A stretch of DNA of 64,000 bases, taken from NCBI GenBank assembly GCA_965248265.1, contig CBDFJF010000001.1, forward strand, positions 832,001 to 896,000, given 5' to 3'. The notes beneath the pieces are model-generated. The model saw nothing but the letters and a program-made list of their open reading frames with translations. It did no database searches and had not been told where the DNA came from. Source of the stretch: Candidatus Latescibacterota bacterium. Lineage in GTDB: Bacteria > Latescibacterota > UBA2968 > UBA8231. Position numbers and translations under genes: made by a program. Each line of letters begins with the position of its first letter. Position 1 is the stretch's first letter. Of this stretch, positions 21,436-31,823 are shown piece after piece.

Positions 21436-23031
21436 ATGAACCGGGATCCCAACATCTTCCTCGAAGCCGTCGAGACCCACGTCGCCACGGCGATCGAGCA
21501 TTGCCGCGACCGCTGGGGCCACGACACCGGGTTGCTCGCGGACGGGTACTCGCTATCCGACGCGGCGCCGCGGCGCTGGGAGGATGCGGTCGTCTCCAAT
21601 CTGAGTTGCCAGCAGAATCTGCTCCGTGCACTAGATGGGCTCGTCGCCGTGCGCGGCGCTGATTCGGGGGAGCGCAACGCCTCCGAGGAGTGGATCGGCA
21701 GCGCCCTCAGGCGACTCGTCAACGATGACAGTGACTTGCTCTACTGGGGTGGTCACTCCGCGTGGGACCTGGCGTCAGAGCGGCCGTTGCGCGGCAATCA
21801 CGAGCTCAAGTGCGCCTACCCTTTTTACGACTTCCTGTATCGCACTGATGCTGGCGTCGTGACCCGCTTCGTCGACGCTCTCTGGCATGCGCACATCCGG
21901 GACTGGTCGAGCCTGCTGTTCAATCGCCACGGAGAGTACGAGCCGTGGGATCGGACCATCCGCTGGCGCGAAGGTGTCTTCGCCAGTACCGAGCTACCGA
22001 TTGTCGAGAACACATCGCTTTCTTTCATCAATACAGGTTCGGATCTCATCTATGCGGCGAGCGAGATCTACCGCCTGACGGGTGAGCGCGCCCCCTTCCA
22101 ATGGGCGCTCCATCTGCTTTCCCGTTATGAGTCGATCCGCCATCCGCAGACCGGTCTGGCCGGCTACCAGTTCAACCACCGTGAGCCCTGTCGCGTGCGG
22201 CAGTCCTTCACAGGCGCCCTCGGCGAAGACCTCCGGGTCAATGAAACCACCGTCATCGGCAACTACGTCATCGGCACGCGCTACGGCCGCGTCGCTGTCA
22301 CTCTCTTGAACATAGCCGAGGCGTTTGCCAATGCTGACCAGCTCGACGCAGAGGAGGCGGCGCCGTTGATAAGCTTGGTGAGCCGCGACCTGCGGGCTCT
22401 GACAGCGCACTGTTGGTCAGATGAGGAGGGGTACTTCCAACCAGCTCTCAACGATGGCACCCGGCTGACACCGGAGCACACTGCGGACGTCGGCTACTGC
22501 CAGCCTGTGAAACTGAGACCCTTACAGGCGAACGGCCTCCTCTTCCTCGCCTATGCGCGCGCTTTCCACGTCACCAGCGAGGACGAGTTCCACATGATGG
22601 CCCTACGCTTGGGCGAGGCGATGGGGTGGGGACGACTGGATGAAGGCGCGGTCGATTTCCGGGCCCTACCGCGGGTGACGCCGCACACGATGGATCGCTC
22701 CGTAATGGGTTCTGAGGATGGACGTGCCCATGGTGGGCAGAACGATGTCTGCGCACTGGAGGGTGTGCTCGATCTGTATCGAGCCACCGGTGAGGGCGAT
22801 CTGCTGCAATCGGCGATCTCCCTCGGACAGCGTATAGCCGACGATCAGGTGATAGACGGTCTGTTCGCGTCCGTCGGGAGTGGGCGGGATGACACCACCG
22901 GGATCGATAGCGCCGCCCCTGTCGCCTTGATGCGACTCGCAGATGCGATTGCCGGCAATGACACTGCAATCCCTGTCTTCTATCCAAACGTCAGCCAGTT
23001 CGACCCGAAGGTCATCATCGCTCGGCGGTAG
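21436..23031 (+). CDS. Polysaccharide lyase family 2-like (PelW-type pectate lyase)
   Basis: LLADG, SNLSCQQNLLRALDGL, LLYWGGH, HELKCAYPFY, AHIRDWSSLLFNRHG, LSFINTGSDLIYA, HPQTGLAGYQF; no signal peptide. Confidence 0.75.
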   Translation: MNRDPNIFLEAVETHVATAIEHCRDRWGHDTGLLADGYSLSDAAPRRWEDAVVSNLSCQQNLLRALDGLVAVRGADSGERNASEEWIGSALRRLVNDDSDLLYWGGHSAWDLASERPLRGNHELKCAYPFYDFLYRTDAGVVTRFVDALWHAHIRDWSSLLFNRHGEYEPWDRTIRWREGVFASTELPIVENTSLSFINTGSDLIYAASEIYRLTGERAPFQWALHLLSRYESIRHPQTGLAGYQFNHREPCRVRQSFTGALGEDLRVNETTVIGNYVIGTRYGRVAVTLLNIAEAFANADQLDAEEAAPLISLVSRDLRALTAHCWSDEEGYFQPALNDGTRLTPEHTADVGYCQPVKLRPLQANGLLFLAYARAFHVTSEDEFHMMALRLGEAMGWGRLDEGAVDFRALPRVTPHTMDRSVMGSEDGRAHGGQNDVCALEGVLDLYRATGEGDLLQSAISLGQRIADDQVIDGLFASVGSGRDDTTGIDSAAPVALMRLADAIAGNDTAIPVFYPNVSQFDPKVIIARR

Positions 23032-23192
23032 CGCAGCTGTCGCCCGGCGGACCGTCGTCGATGTGGGCGCGCCTTGAGGCGTCTGCTGGACGGCGCCCAA
23101 CGTGCTACACAAACTGAATCCCGGATTGACCTGGCGGGAAATCGGGCCGGATGCTCCGAGGCGCTCGTCAGAGGCGAAGAAGTGCCAGTCGG

Positions 23193-24395
23193 TCACTGGC
23201 TGGCAGTCTGGAAGCGCTCCCACGCTTCGCCGGCCGCCGCGGCCTGGTGTTCCAGCTCAGTGCGCCAACCAACAACTTCCCCGGCTTTGATGCGAGCGAT
23301 ATCAAAGCTGGCATAACGATCTTCGAGGGTATCGCCCAGCTTCTGGGTTTCAGCCCATCGATCCCACGCTGTCTTCATCCACTCGTGTGGCAGAGCGTCC
23401 CGCACGGCGGGATCGAGTTGCCAGGCGGTTCGCGCATCAGCCACCGATGGCTCCTCCGTGGACGGGCCCGACCACTTCGACCAACCGACTACGAGGGTAT
23501 TGCGCTCGCGATGCGGGACAGCGTGCCCGGTGTGGACGGTGGCTCCATTGCGGATGAGTGCCTCTCCGGCCTTGATTCTGATCGCGACCTGGCCTGGCAA
23601 CGGGTCGTTCCCATTCCAACTGGGTGTGTGCGGTACCCCTTTGTCCTTCATCGTCTGCGGGAGGAGCACGTCATGTTCGAGCGGCGTGCGCCAGCGATGG
23701 TGGCTACCCGGTATGAGCTCGTGGGCCTCGTCGTCGGCCAGGGCCAGGAACATGCTCACGCCGTTGCGCTCCTCAATCGACTTGAGGTTATCCGCGCGGA
23801 TTTCTTCCCACCGGCGTTTCTCGGTCTCCTCGGAGTAGTCCTCAGGGTCTTCGCCGCGGTCGTCCCGCTGCGAAAAATAGCTCTTCCCGGTGCCCCACCA
23901 CGTCACGTCCCGGTGCCAACTGGGCCCATTCTCATGCAGCCGGGGATTACACCACAGGAGCATGGAGCCCATTGCCAATTCCTCGGGACCAAGCCCGTCA
24001 CACCAGGAGTTGACGAAGCTGAGGAATTCCGGCGAGCCATGGAACTGGGCAAAGCTGGGCTCTTTGAATGCGGGATGGATGAGGCCGCGGATTGCCCAGG
24101 GCTCCTCCTCTTTCGCGCGGTGCACGTAGCCTTTGGAGCAGTCGATCTTGCTGTAGCCACGCTGCGGAGCGCAGGCCTCGGTGACGCGACGACCCGCCTC
24201 TCGCAGGATGGGAATCCACGGGCTGCCGACAAAGTCGGTGATGATGACAAAACCGTGCTCCCGCAGGTGGGCAAGCCTTTCCGGCGTGGCTCCGGGAGCA
24301 GCGAGCTCGGGCTTGGAGTCGGCGAAAGCTGACGCGCGATAGGGCGCTGAGACCGGCTCAGGCTCCGCCGGCGACAGTGACTGATTGCTGTTCAT
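23193..24395 (-). CDS. Phytanoyl-CoA dioxygenase (PhyH) family protein
   Basis: LREHGFVII, WHRD, LIPGSH, IKAGEALI..VHTG, RNTL. Confidence 0.8.
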   Translation of the reverse strand: MNSNQSLSPAEPEPVSAPYRASAFADSKPELAAPGATPERLAHLREHGFVIITDFVGSPWIPILREAGRRVTEACAPQRGYSKIDCSKGYVHRAKEEEPWAIRGLIHPAFKEPSFAQFHGSPEFLSFVNSWCDGLGPEELAMGSMLLWCNPRLHENGPSWHRDVTWWGTGKSYFSQRDDRGEDPEDYSEETEKRRWEEIRADNLKSIEERNGVSMFLALADDEAHELIPGSHHRWRTPLEHDVLLPQTMKDKGVPHTPSWNGNDPLPGQVAIRIKAGEALIRNGATVHTGHAVPHRERNTLVVGWSKWSGPSTEEPSVADARTAWQLDPAVRDALPHEWMKTAWDRWAETQKLGDTLEDRYASFDIARIKAGEVVGWRTELEHQAAAAGEAWERFQTASQ

Positions 24396-24444
24396 GCTAA
24401 TCCCTATGAGGAACCCTCATATATGATGAAGCGGCAAGCATTGT

Positions 24445-24790
24445 GGCTATCCGGTTGACTCACCATCATACAACATGTTGTATGTGGTCGGTTCGTGTTG
24501 GCTGGCGAGTCCCAGGAGCGACTGAAAGGCGGCCATCGGTGCGCGTCGGCGATTGAAACGGAATACGTATTCGTCGAGGTAACGCTGCAGGTGTTGCTCA
24601 CCGACGCCGTGGTGCGTACCAACCAACCATGTCTTGAGGTTCGAGAACACCCTGTGGACGCGCGGGAAGTGCTTAGCTGCGTTCTTTCCGTGTCGTTGCA
24701 GTTGAACCGCAGAAATGCCTGGCGTGTGGGTGGCGACCAAGCTCCACCACCATATACTACATTGTGGTGTGGTGAGTCAACCGGATAGGC
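24445..24790 (-). mobile_element. Internally deleted IS1595-family element (MITE-like, 346 bp)
   Basis: 21-bp IRs G(G/C)CTATCCGGTTGACTCACCA at both ends. Residual ORF VATHTPGISAVQLQR is fused to VHRVFSNLKTWLVGTHHGV..HLQRYLDEYVFRFNRR. Confidence 0.85.
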
Positions 24791-24894
24791 AGAAAGGGCC
24801 TATCATCGGGCTGCCGAGCGATTAGCTGTTCGATAATCCGATGGTCAAGGTGTCATTCCCACCCGCTGTTTTCGGAGTACATTAGTTTGACATG

Positions 24895-25065
24895 GCTGGC
24901 CAGCCGGTGGTAGCCCTCGTGAGAGGTTCGCGCGGGGCCGGCACGCACTCCGTGCACTGGGATGGCCGCGACGATGACGGCCGCGAGCTGGCCTCTGGCG
25001 TTTACCTGTACCGGCTGGTCGCCGCGGGGCAGGTCGAGACTCGCAAACTGCTGCTCGTACGTTGA
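24895..25065 (+). pseudogene. FlgD-Ig C-terminal domain remnant
   Basis: VVALVRGSRGAGTHSVHWDGRDDDGRELASGVYLYRLVAAGQVETRKLLLVR* with no upstream gene body. Confidence 0.8.
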
Positions 25066-25158
25066 GCAGAGCGTGGCGGTAATCACCTGACCAATGTAGG
25101 CACCCGGCGAGGTTGCGGCGCATTTATTGATTAATACACTCAAGATGGGGGAAAAATC

Positions 25159-25956
25159 TTGACACGAATTATCTTAACAATAGCTCTTGGCGTATCACTC
25201 ACCACCCAGCTATTCGCTGGCGAAAGTCACGAGCACAAGTCTGATGGGGGGACATGTGAGAGCTTTGGTCCGCAGACTCCACGCGATATCGATAGTGTTG
25301 AAGGCGAAAACAGTATCACATTTCCCCTGGCTCCACTTGCTTCAAGCATGAGTTTGTGCAACATACATTTCCACCAAAATGCGGAGCATAAGGCGAACGA
25401 CTTTTCCATCTATGCCGGTGAAGGCCATGATGGCTATGGTAGTGGTTATCAGTGCAGTATGAGTAGTAGCCTTAGCAAAGCAGAATTAACACCAACCCAA
25501 GGGAAAATCTGTAGTGGCGAACATGGCGATTTGCAACCAGGTGACACAATTGAGGTGCATTGGGTGCACTCCACCTGCGACGTACAACCAGGGCCTACGC
25601 TTGGCGCTTGTGTATCTGAGGCTTGTGCCAATCCAGAACTGCGCGTAGAGACTCAGGTATTCACTTTGGTAAACGATCCAAATGCTCTCAAATTCAAGGA
25701 ATTGAAACTGGCTGAGGATTTACCTAAAGATACTGGCAAACCGGTTGAGTTCCTTGGTTCTACAACGGGGCCTAAGTTCTCGGACCAGGTCTGCTCTCCA
25801 TATCAGGTGACTTGGAGTGTTCGTCCAAAGTGTGCCAAGCTTGATATTAATTCCGTAGGTGAATGGTGCAAAGGCAATGTCTTCAAAGAAGATCATGCGC
25901 ACGGTGTTCGTAAACTAGTTACCAATCCCAAATTGCTCTCCAATATTAAGAAGTAG
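25159..25956 (+). CDS. Delta-class carbonic anhydrase-like periplasmic protein
   Basis: GPQTPRDID, LCNIHFHQNAEHK, GDTIEVHWVHSTC, GPTLGAC, GSTTGP, CSPYQVTW, DHAHGVR; signal peptide; AT-rich. Confidence 0.8.
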   Translation: MTRIILTIALGVSLTTQLFAGESHEHKSDGGTCESFGPQTPRDIDSVEGENSITFPLAPLASSMSLCNIHFHQNAEHKANDFSIYAGEGHDGYGSGYQCSMSSSLSKAELTPTQGKICSGEHGDLQPGDTIEVHWVHSTCDVQPGPTLGACVSEACANPELRVETQVFTLVNDPNALKFKELKLAEDLPKDTGKPVEFLGSTTGPKFSDQVCSPYQVTWSVRPKCAKLDINSVGEWCKGNVFKEDHAHGVRKLVTNPKLLSNIKK

Positions 25957-26019
25957 ATTGTGGATTAAGGTCAAATACGCCAGCGTACCGCAAGGGACAA
26001 TCACCCGGGAGACAACGTT

Positions 26020-26352
26020 ATGAGAGCGCTTGAACCCGCAGTGGCTATGCTCTGCCTCGCAATCGTCGTCACCTGTTCCGACCAGCCACCCTCAGTATCA
26101 GATGGTCCGGGAGTAAGGGAGAATCTATATATCATCGTCGACACAGACGGGAAGGCCTACCTGAACGGTGAGGCGATCACCCTCGCGGAGATGGAGAGGA
26201 GGGTGGCGGACAGCGCGTCGAGAGATAGGACAACCCTCATAATCATCCAGGGTGAGAGTAGGGGTGGCTTGGTTCATCCTATTCCGGCGAATCATGATAC
26301 GATGACGGAGTCGCGAGTTGGGTCCTCACAGCAACCCAACAGAACCCCCTAG
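26020..26352 (+). CDS. ExbD/TolR-like domain protein, probably truncated
   Basis: LYIIVDTDGKAYLNGEAITLAEMERRV..LIIIQGE; the C-terminus departs from the family. Confidence 0.5.
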   Translation: MRALEPAVAMLCLAIVVTCSDQPPSVSDGPGVRENLYIIVDTDGKAYLNGEAITLAEMERRVADSASRDRTTLIIIQGESRGGLVHPIPANHDTMTESRVGSSQQPNRTP

Positions 26353-26452
26353 GAGTTGAAGGTCGAGATCAGCATCAACCCGCCCGTCGGACAGGTAATC
26401 CGACGATCGCCAATAAGGCCCAAGAGGAATTCGATGTCAGAGCGAGGATGAC

Positions 26453-28391
26453 ATGCGATGTTTCAATGCGATGGTGAGCAGCAGACACCTCCGTAAGAGC
26501 CTGCAGAAGGCTTCCCTCATAGGGGTCGCAGCGATGGGGTTCCTCGTGTCGGGTTGTCCAATCGGGACATCCGCCCCCGCCCGTGTCGTCATAGTAGAGG
26601 AATCGGGGCCCAACCCCTGGACGGACCTGCCGTTTCGCAACGATCCGGATGACTTTCAGTTTATCATCGTAAGCGATCGCACAGGTGGCCATAGGCCGGG
26701 CGTGTTTCCCGATGGCGTACGCAAGGCCGACCTACTGCAACCGGAATTCGTGATGTCGGTCGGAGACCTGATCCAGGGTTATACAAAGGACGAAGTGGAA
26801 CTCGACCGGCAGTGGGACGAGATGGACACCTTCGTCAGCATGCTGAGCATGCCCTTTTTCTACGTACCCGGCAACCACGACATCACGAACGAAGTGATGG
26901 CGAGGATATGGAACGAGCGCTTCGGGCGATCATTCTACCACTTCATATACCGCGATGTCCTCTTTCTCTGCCTGAACACGGAAGACGGTGCACAATCCAC
27001 AATCGGGGACGACCAGGTCACCTACTTCCAAAATGTGTTGGCGGCCAACACTGATGTGCGATGGACACTGGTGTTCATGCACAAACCCCTGTGGGTGTAC
27101 GACGATTCGAGTGGGTGGGCGGACATTGAAGCGGCGATAACAGGCCGGCCTTATACCGTGTTCGCGGGGCATTTTCATTCGTACACGAAATACGAGCGAC
27201 TCGATCAACGCTACTTCATTCTAGCGACCACCGGTGGTTGGAGCAGACTGCGCGGCCCGGACGTTGGCGAATTCGATCATGTGGTCTGGGTGACGATGAC
27301 GGATGAAGGTCCGGTTATTGCGAATCTCCTGCTGGACGGGATTTGGGACGAAGATGTCTTCACGGAGCCAGAACGTGCGCTGGTTCTCGAACTGTCTCCG
27401 AAGCTGAAGGCCGTACAGGTGACGTCCTCCATCCTGCAAGAGACGGAGTACTTGGAGCCAGCGGGGGCGATGGTCCGACTGACCAACGACGCCGATATTC
27501 CGCTACACGTTCGCGGCCAGGTCGATCCACATCCTGAGTTGGTCGTCGAACCAGACGTTTTCGATAGAGTCGTACCCCCGAACTCTGTAGAGTTCGTGGA
27601 GATCAGCATCGATGCCACGGAGCCGTTGTTGCTGGACGATTTCCGCTCGCTCCTTCTGTCCTACACGACTCGCTTCGATCGACCCGAACGGGGCCCACTC
27701 GAGCTCGAAGGAACCCAAACAATCATGGTCGGACGGCGCGAGCAGCATTTCTCATGCAAACGTCGAACGCTGCCAGTGGTCGTGGATGGCCGGCTCGACG
27801 AGTGGAGTGAATGGCCGTTTGAAGTGCGGGAACCAGCGCAGCTGCGCTTTCAACACGAGTCGTGGCAGGGTCCTGAAGATAGCTGGTTCCGGTTCGCGGT
27901 GGAGTACGACGAGAGCTATCTGTATGTGGCTGTAGAGGCGTTCGATGACACGATAGTGAGTCCGAATGACAAGACGCTGTGGGACTTCGAACCACCCTGG
28001 GAGCACGATGCAATCGAAGTGCACCTGGACGCCAGGCCGGATCCGATGAGATCGGCAAATCGCGGCGAAGATGAACTTAGAGAGTATCTCAAGGTAGCTG
28101 TCAGCCCTCGCGAAACAGGAGAGGAGAGGGTGCTGTTTGAACCCGATCTGATGCCGGAGGGCTTGCAGGTAGCGGCCATCATAACGAAAACCGGACACGC
28201 CGCGGAGGTTGCTATCCCAACAAGCTAGCTATCTCAACGAACGGCAACAGCAGCCGTGGAAGGTCGTCCGACTGTTCGTGGCCATCGATGATCAGGATGA
28301 GGAACCCTACGGTCCTGTCGCCCAATTGTTGTGGCGGCCGCACTGGCAGACGCCCGAGTCGTTCGACGGTTCGGGTACCTTCGAGCGCTGA
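26453..28391 (+). pseudogene. Metallophosphoesterase lipoprotein with C-terminal CBM9-like domain, frameshifted near the end
   Basis: SDRTGG, VGDLIQG, PGNHD, FMHKP, FAGHFH. A 4-bp duplication (AAGCTAGCTATC, 28222-28233) creates TAG at 28226-28228; the last ~53 codons continue in another frame to 28391. Confidence 0.8.
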
Positions 28392-28411
28392 GGTGATGCC
28401 GCGTTTGAGAT

Positions 28412-28667
28412 TTACCGTCATCGGATTCACAATCAAGATATGGGAGGAGAATACGGTAGAGCCGGATCTTTGGGGTCTGATGGTTGACGCAAAACATCAA
28501 GGACGTTCGTACGCACGGAAAGCGGTCGAGCTGGCGATCGAGGAGATGTGGGATTTCTTGCTGAAGATGGCAGCGCAAGAAGGTTCTATGAGAAGATCGG
28601 TTTCGAGGTCGGCAGAAAACAGGCTTTTGATGGCTGGGAAGAGCTAATCGCCTACAAAGTGCTTTGA
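28412..28667 (+). pseudogene. GNAT acetyltransferase 3' remnant (cassette-like)
   Basis: LWGLMVDAKHQGRSYARKA, frame break, FYEKIGFEVG..AYKVL*. Confidence 0.65.
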
Positions 28668-28681
28668 ATCGGTACCCCGTC

Positions 28682-28730
28682 AGGTAAAAACACGTTGCCG
28701 CTACGGCGCTTTGCGCCTTGGCCCTCGGCA
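28682..28730 (+). repeat. Degenerate left half of an attC site
   Basis: GGTAAAAACACGTTGCCGCTACGGCGCTTTGCGCCTTGGCCCTCGGCA aligns by eye with TAACACACGGTTGCCACTGCGCCGCATTCGCGGCTTGGCCCTTCGGGCA at 10846; follows the GNAT stop. Confidence 0.55.
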
Positions 28731-28830
28731 CCGGTGACCGTCGGATCCTATATCTGACGGTCGGTCCTCGGTCATGAACGAAGTGTACAAGATGAAGGTA
28801 GTTTCCCGAGATTGCATAGTGCCGGCAGAA

Positions 28831-28975
28831 ATGCAATCACCAGATAAAGGAACCTGTGGCCCAGGTTGAGTTGGGCGAACGCTTCATCGTTGAAACAATC
28901 AATATACCGAACGGCATCACACGTACGCCTGATGAAGTCGATCCCGAGGCGCCCCATGAACGAGGCGAAACACGG
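28831..28975 (+). pseudogene. Possible acetamidase/formamidase N-terminal remnant
   Basis: EPVAQVELGERFIVETIN resembles the family N-terminus; similarity ends abruptly. Confidence 0.35.
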
Positions 28976-29165
28976 TGGAATGGAATATTCCGCGATCCCA
29001 TTGATAGACAAAGTGGATGTTCAACGGCGGCTGTCAGAACCGTGGTCGCAGCCGCGCTGTAGCCAGCGACGCCGGACCCGGTTACGGTCTCGGCTGGTGC
29101 AGTGTGCTCCGGCATTTCATTTTCTCTCGTCAGTACGATTCGAGCTCAGAACAAGGGGACGGAAA

Positions 29166-30011
29166 ATGGAGCGAGCAACCGAATATCGCCACGTAGCGGT
29201 GCGACCACTTGCCGGTGCGCTCGGAGCCGAGATCGAGGGAGTCGATCTGGCGAGGCCACTGCCAGATGAAGCCGTCGCGGAAATACATCAGGTGTTTCTC
29301 GAATACCTAGTGGTCTTTTTCCGAGCACAAACGCTTTCCCCCGCCAACCTGCTCGCATTCTCCAAGCGCTTCGGCAATCCCATGGAGTATCCTCAGGTCG
29401 GGGGTCTGCCCGAATGCCCGCAAGTTACCGCGGTGACGAAGCTGGAGCACGAAACCATCAATTTTGGGGGCGCCTGGCACTCCGACACGTCGTATCTGCC
29501 CTGTCCGCCGATGGCGAGCATGCTCTACGCGGTCGAACTGCCACCCGCCGGAGGTGACACCATATTCGCTAACCAGTACACGGCGTACGAGACGCTGTCT
29601 CCGGGTCTCAAGGCAGCACTCGATGGCCTGGTCGGCGTCAACAGCTCGCTAAAGGCCGACTCGGCGAAGACGCGTGTCGATCGGATGCGCGACACGGGGT
29701 CCGAGTTGAGAGTTCTGGTCAGCGAGCATCCTGTCATCCGCACGCATCCCGAGACAGGGCGCCGGGCACTCTACGTCAACGTCGGCCACACGACCCACTT
29801 CAAAGGCTGGACGGAAGACGAAAGCGCGTCCCTACTCGGATATCTCTTCAAGCACCAGATCGCGGCGGAACTCACGTGCCGCTTTCGCTGGCAGCCCGGT
29901 TCGCTCTCGTTCTGGGACAATCGCTGCACGCAACACTATCCAGTGAACGACTACCAGGGATTCAAGCGCGTCATGCACCGCGTCACGCTGGAAGGTGACG
30001 TGCCTCGTTAG
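29166..30011 (+). CDS. TauD/TfdA alpha-ketoglutarate-dependent dioxygenase
   Basis: LGAEIEGVDL, WHSDTSY, GGDT, HPVIRTHPETGRRALYVN, WDNRCTQH, RVMHRVTL; start ATG 29166. Confidence 0.92.
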   Translation: MERATEYRHVAVRPLAGALGAEIEGVDLARPLPDEAVAEIHQVFLEYLVVFFRAQTLSPANLLAFSKRFGNPMEYPQVGGLPECPQVTAVTKLEHETINFGGAWHSDTSYLPCPPMASMLYAVELPPAGGDTIFANQYTAYETLSPGLKAALDGLVGVNSSLKADSAKTRVDRMRDTGSELRVLVSEHPVIRTHPETGRRALYVNVGHTTHFKGWTEDESASLLGYLFKHQIAAELTCRFRWQPGSLSFWDNRCTQHYPVNDYQGFKRVMHRVTLEGDVPR

Positions 30012-30140
30012 GTAGAAGTTCTGCGACAGTACAGCAGGGGGCTCCCCGATTGGGCGTCGGGAAGCTCACGATTGCAGATAGATGGCGGCTTGCCCAGCCG
30101 CGGAACAGTGTGATGACTCGTCAGATGAGGTGAGACAAGC

Positions 30141-30923
30141 GTGAATGGTCCGCTTTCAGCAACCCAGGTGGCATCTTTCCAACGAGACGGTTTTCTCGTC
30201 GTCGAGGACGTGTTGAGCGCGGACGAGGTCGCGACACTCGCCGAGCGAGCGGATCTGATCGCGGCGGGAAAAGCCGACCACATACGCGAAGAGAGCGTCC
30301 AGCTGGAGCCCGTCTTCCTCTCGGGGGAGAGGGCGGTCGAGGACCAGGTGCTCTCGGTGCGCAAGCTCTCCAACATCGCCGTCTACGACCCGGTGATGTG
30401 GGAGCACGCGACCCATCTCAAAATCGTCGACATCATCGCCGCGCTGCTGGGTACCGACGACCTGAAGATGTACGGCGACCAGCTCTTCATGAAGGCGCCG
30501 GAGATCGGCCGTGCCAAGGGATGGCATCAGGATTCGGCCTCGTGGCGCGACATCCTGCCCATGGATCTGGTGTCGGCGTGGACGGCCATCGACACAGCCA
30601 CCCTCGATAACGGCTGCCTGCACTTCGCCCCCGGGACCCATCGCTGGGGCATGCTGAACGGGCGCCAACTCGAGCCCTTCCTTCCAGATCTCGACAGTGG
30701 CCGCTGGCCCAGCGTGCCGGTGCCGCTGCGTGCGGGCAGCGTCAGCTTTCACCACAGCCTCACCCTGCACAGCAGCGGCCCCAATCAAACCGCCACGCGC
30801 CGTCGCGGGTACGCCGTCCACTACATGCGGGCGACGTCGATCAAGGACGAGGTGGTGACGGACGCCCCGAAGATGCCGCCGTTCAAGCAGGTGCGCGGCA
30901 ACTCGTTTCCGGGCCGCGTGTAG
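30141..30923 (+). CDS. Phytanoyl-CoA dioxygenase (PhyH) family protein
   Basis: FQRDGFLVV, GWHQD, WTAID..NGCL..PGTH, FHHSLTLHSSGPN..RRR. Confidence 0.92.
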   Translation: MNGPLSATQVASFQRDGFLVVEDVLSADEVATLAERADLIAAGKADHIREESVQLEPVFLSGERAVEDQVLSVRKLSNIAVYDPVMWEHATHLKIVDIIAALLGTDDLKMYGDQLFMKAPEIGRAKGWHQDSASWRDILPMDLVSAWTAIDTATLDNGCLHFAPGTHRWGMLNGRQLEPFLPDLDSGRWPSVPVPLRAGSVSFHHSLTLHSSGPNQTATRRRGYAVHYMRATSIKDEVVTDAPKMPPFKQVRGNSFPGRV

Positions 30924-30956
30924 GCACGCACACATCGCGTGTAGGCACGCACACAC
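30915..30956 (+). repeat. 21-bp tandem duplication over the PhyH stop codon
   Basis: CGCGTGTAGGCACGCACACA(T/C) twice. Confidence 0.85.
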
Positions 30957-30987
30957 GTCAGGTCGCAGGTCGGCACCAGACCTCACC

Positions 30988-31706
30988 TCACCGCCCAGCC
31001 AGCGCCGTCAGAGCCGCCAAAACCTGAATCCGGCCCTTGTCCGCCAGGGTGCGGTCTATCTTCTCGTTCAGCCAGTCGTGCCTCCCCAGGGACCTCAAAT
31101 CCATGATCTCGTGGCCCCCGGCCTTCAAGACGCTCAACGGCAGGGTCGCCAACAAGCGACGCGCCTCCTCTAACTCCGGACCGGTCACCCCGGACGCCTG
31201 TTGAACAGGTAGTGATGGTGTATTTCAACGTTGCTGAAACCCTCGTCGATCCAAATGTCAGGGTTCGCCCTCGTCGGAACGAGCGGTCCGTGCTGTTGTT
31301 CGCTCAATCGCACCAGGTCGCCGACCTCGTGGAACTGCTCGTCTACATCGGCCACGAGGATGCGGATCGTCAGGGGCCACTCCACGTCCGCGACCCCCCC
31401 CGCCGTACTGAATGAGACGCCCCGGATCGGCTGTACCGCTCCCAGGTCCAGCGTGAAGATCGAAGGGGCCTTTTCCTGCCAGCCCACGGTCGACTTGTGG
31501 ACCCAGAAGTAGCCCTCCGTGTACTCACCGTCTGTCAGCTGCTCGAGATCATCGGGGTCGGTGCAGTGCCCGTAGTTGGGACTCGGGTCTATCGTGTAGC
31601 TCGCCCCGAGCGCGATGTTATCGCTCGGGCGGTCTACGTACTCCGCGGCCCGTGCCCACGCCAGTGCAACTATCAGCGACGTCGCTGCCGCCAACGTCGG
31701 TCTCAT
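30988..31706 (-). pseudogene. Secreted discoidin/F5-8-like protein with its centre deleted
   Basis: Signal peptide, NIALGASY..QLTDG..TLDLGAVQPIRGVSF, then an out-of-frame C-terminal helix ..GRIQVLAALTALAGR*. Confidence 0.6.
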
Positions 31707-31823
31707 GGCTTGTCCTCGCTTTCTGATGAGGGCTTCTTCCTCAGTAATCTCAAACTGCATGGTTCAGGCCGCCTTCGGTGGACCCACGAGCGCACGGGAA
31801 GCGGCTCCGGCAAGCCGGACCGT

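Noticed and set aside
30915-30956. CRISPR-like repeat
   Set aside because: Only two adjacent 21-bp copies with no spacer and no cas genes; a slippage duplication.
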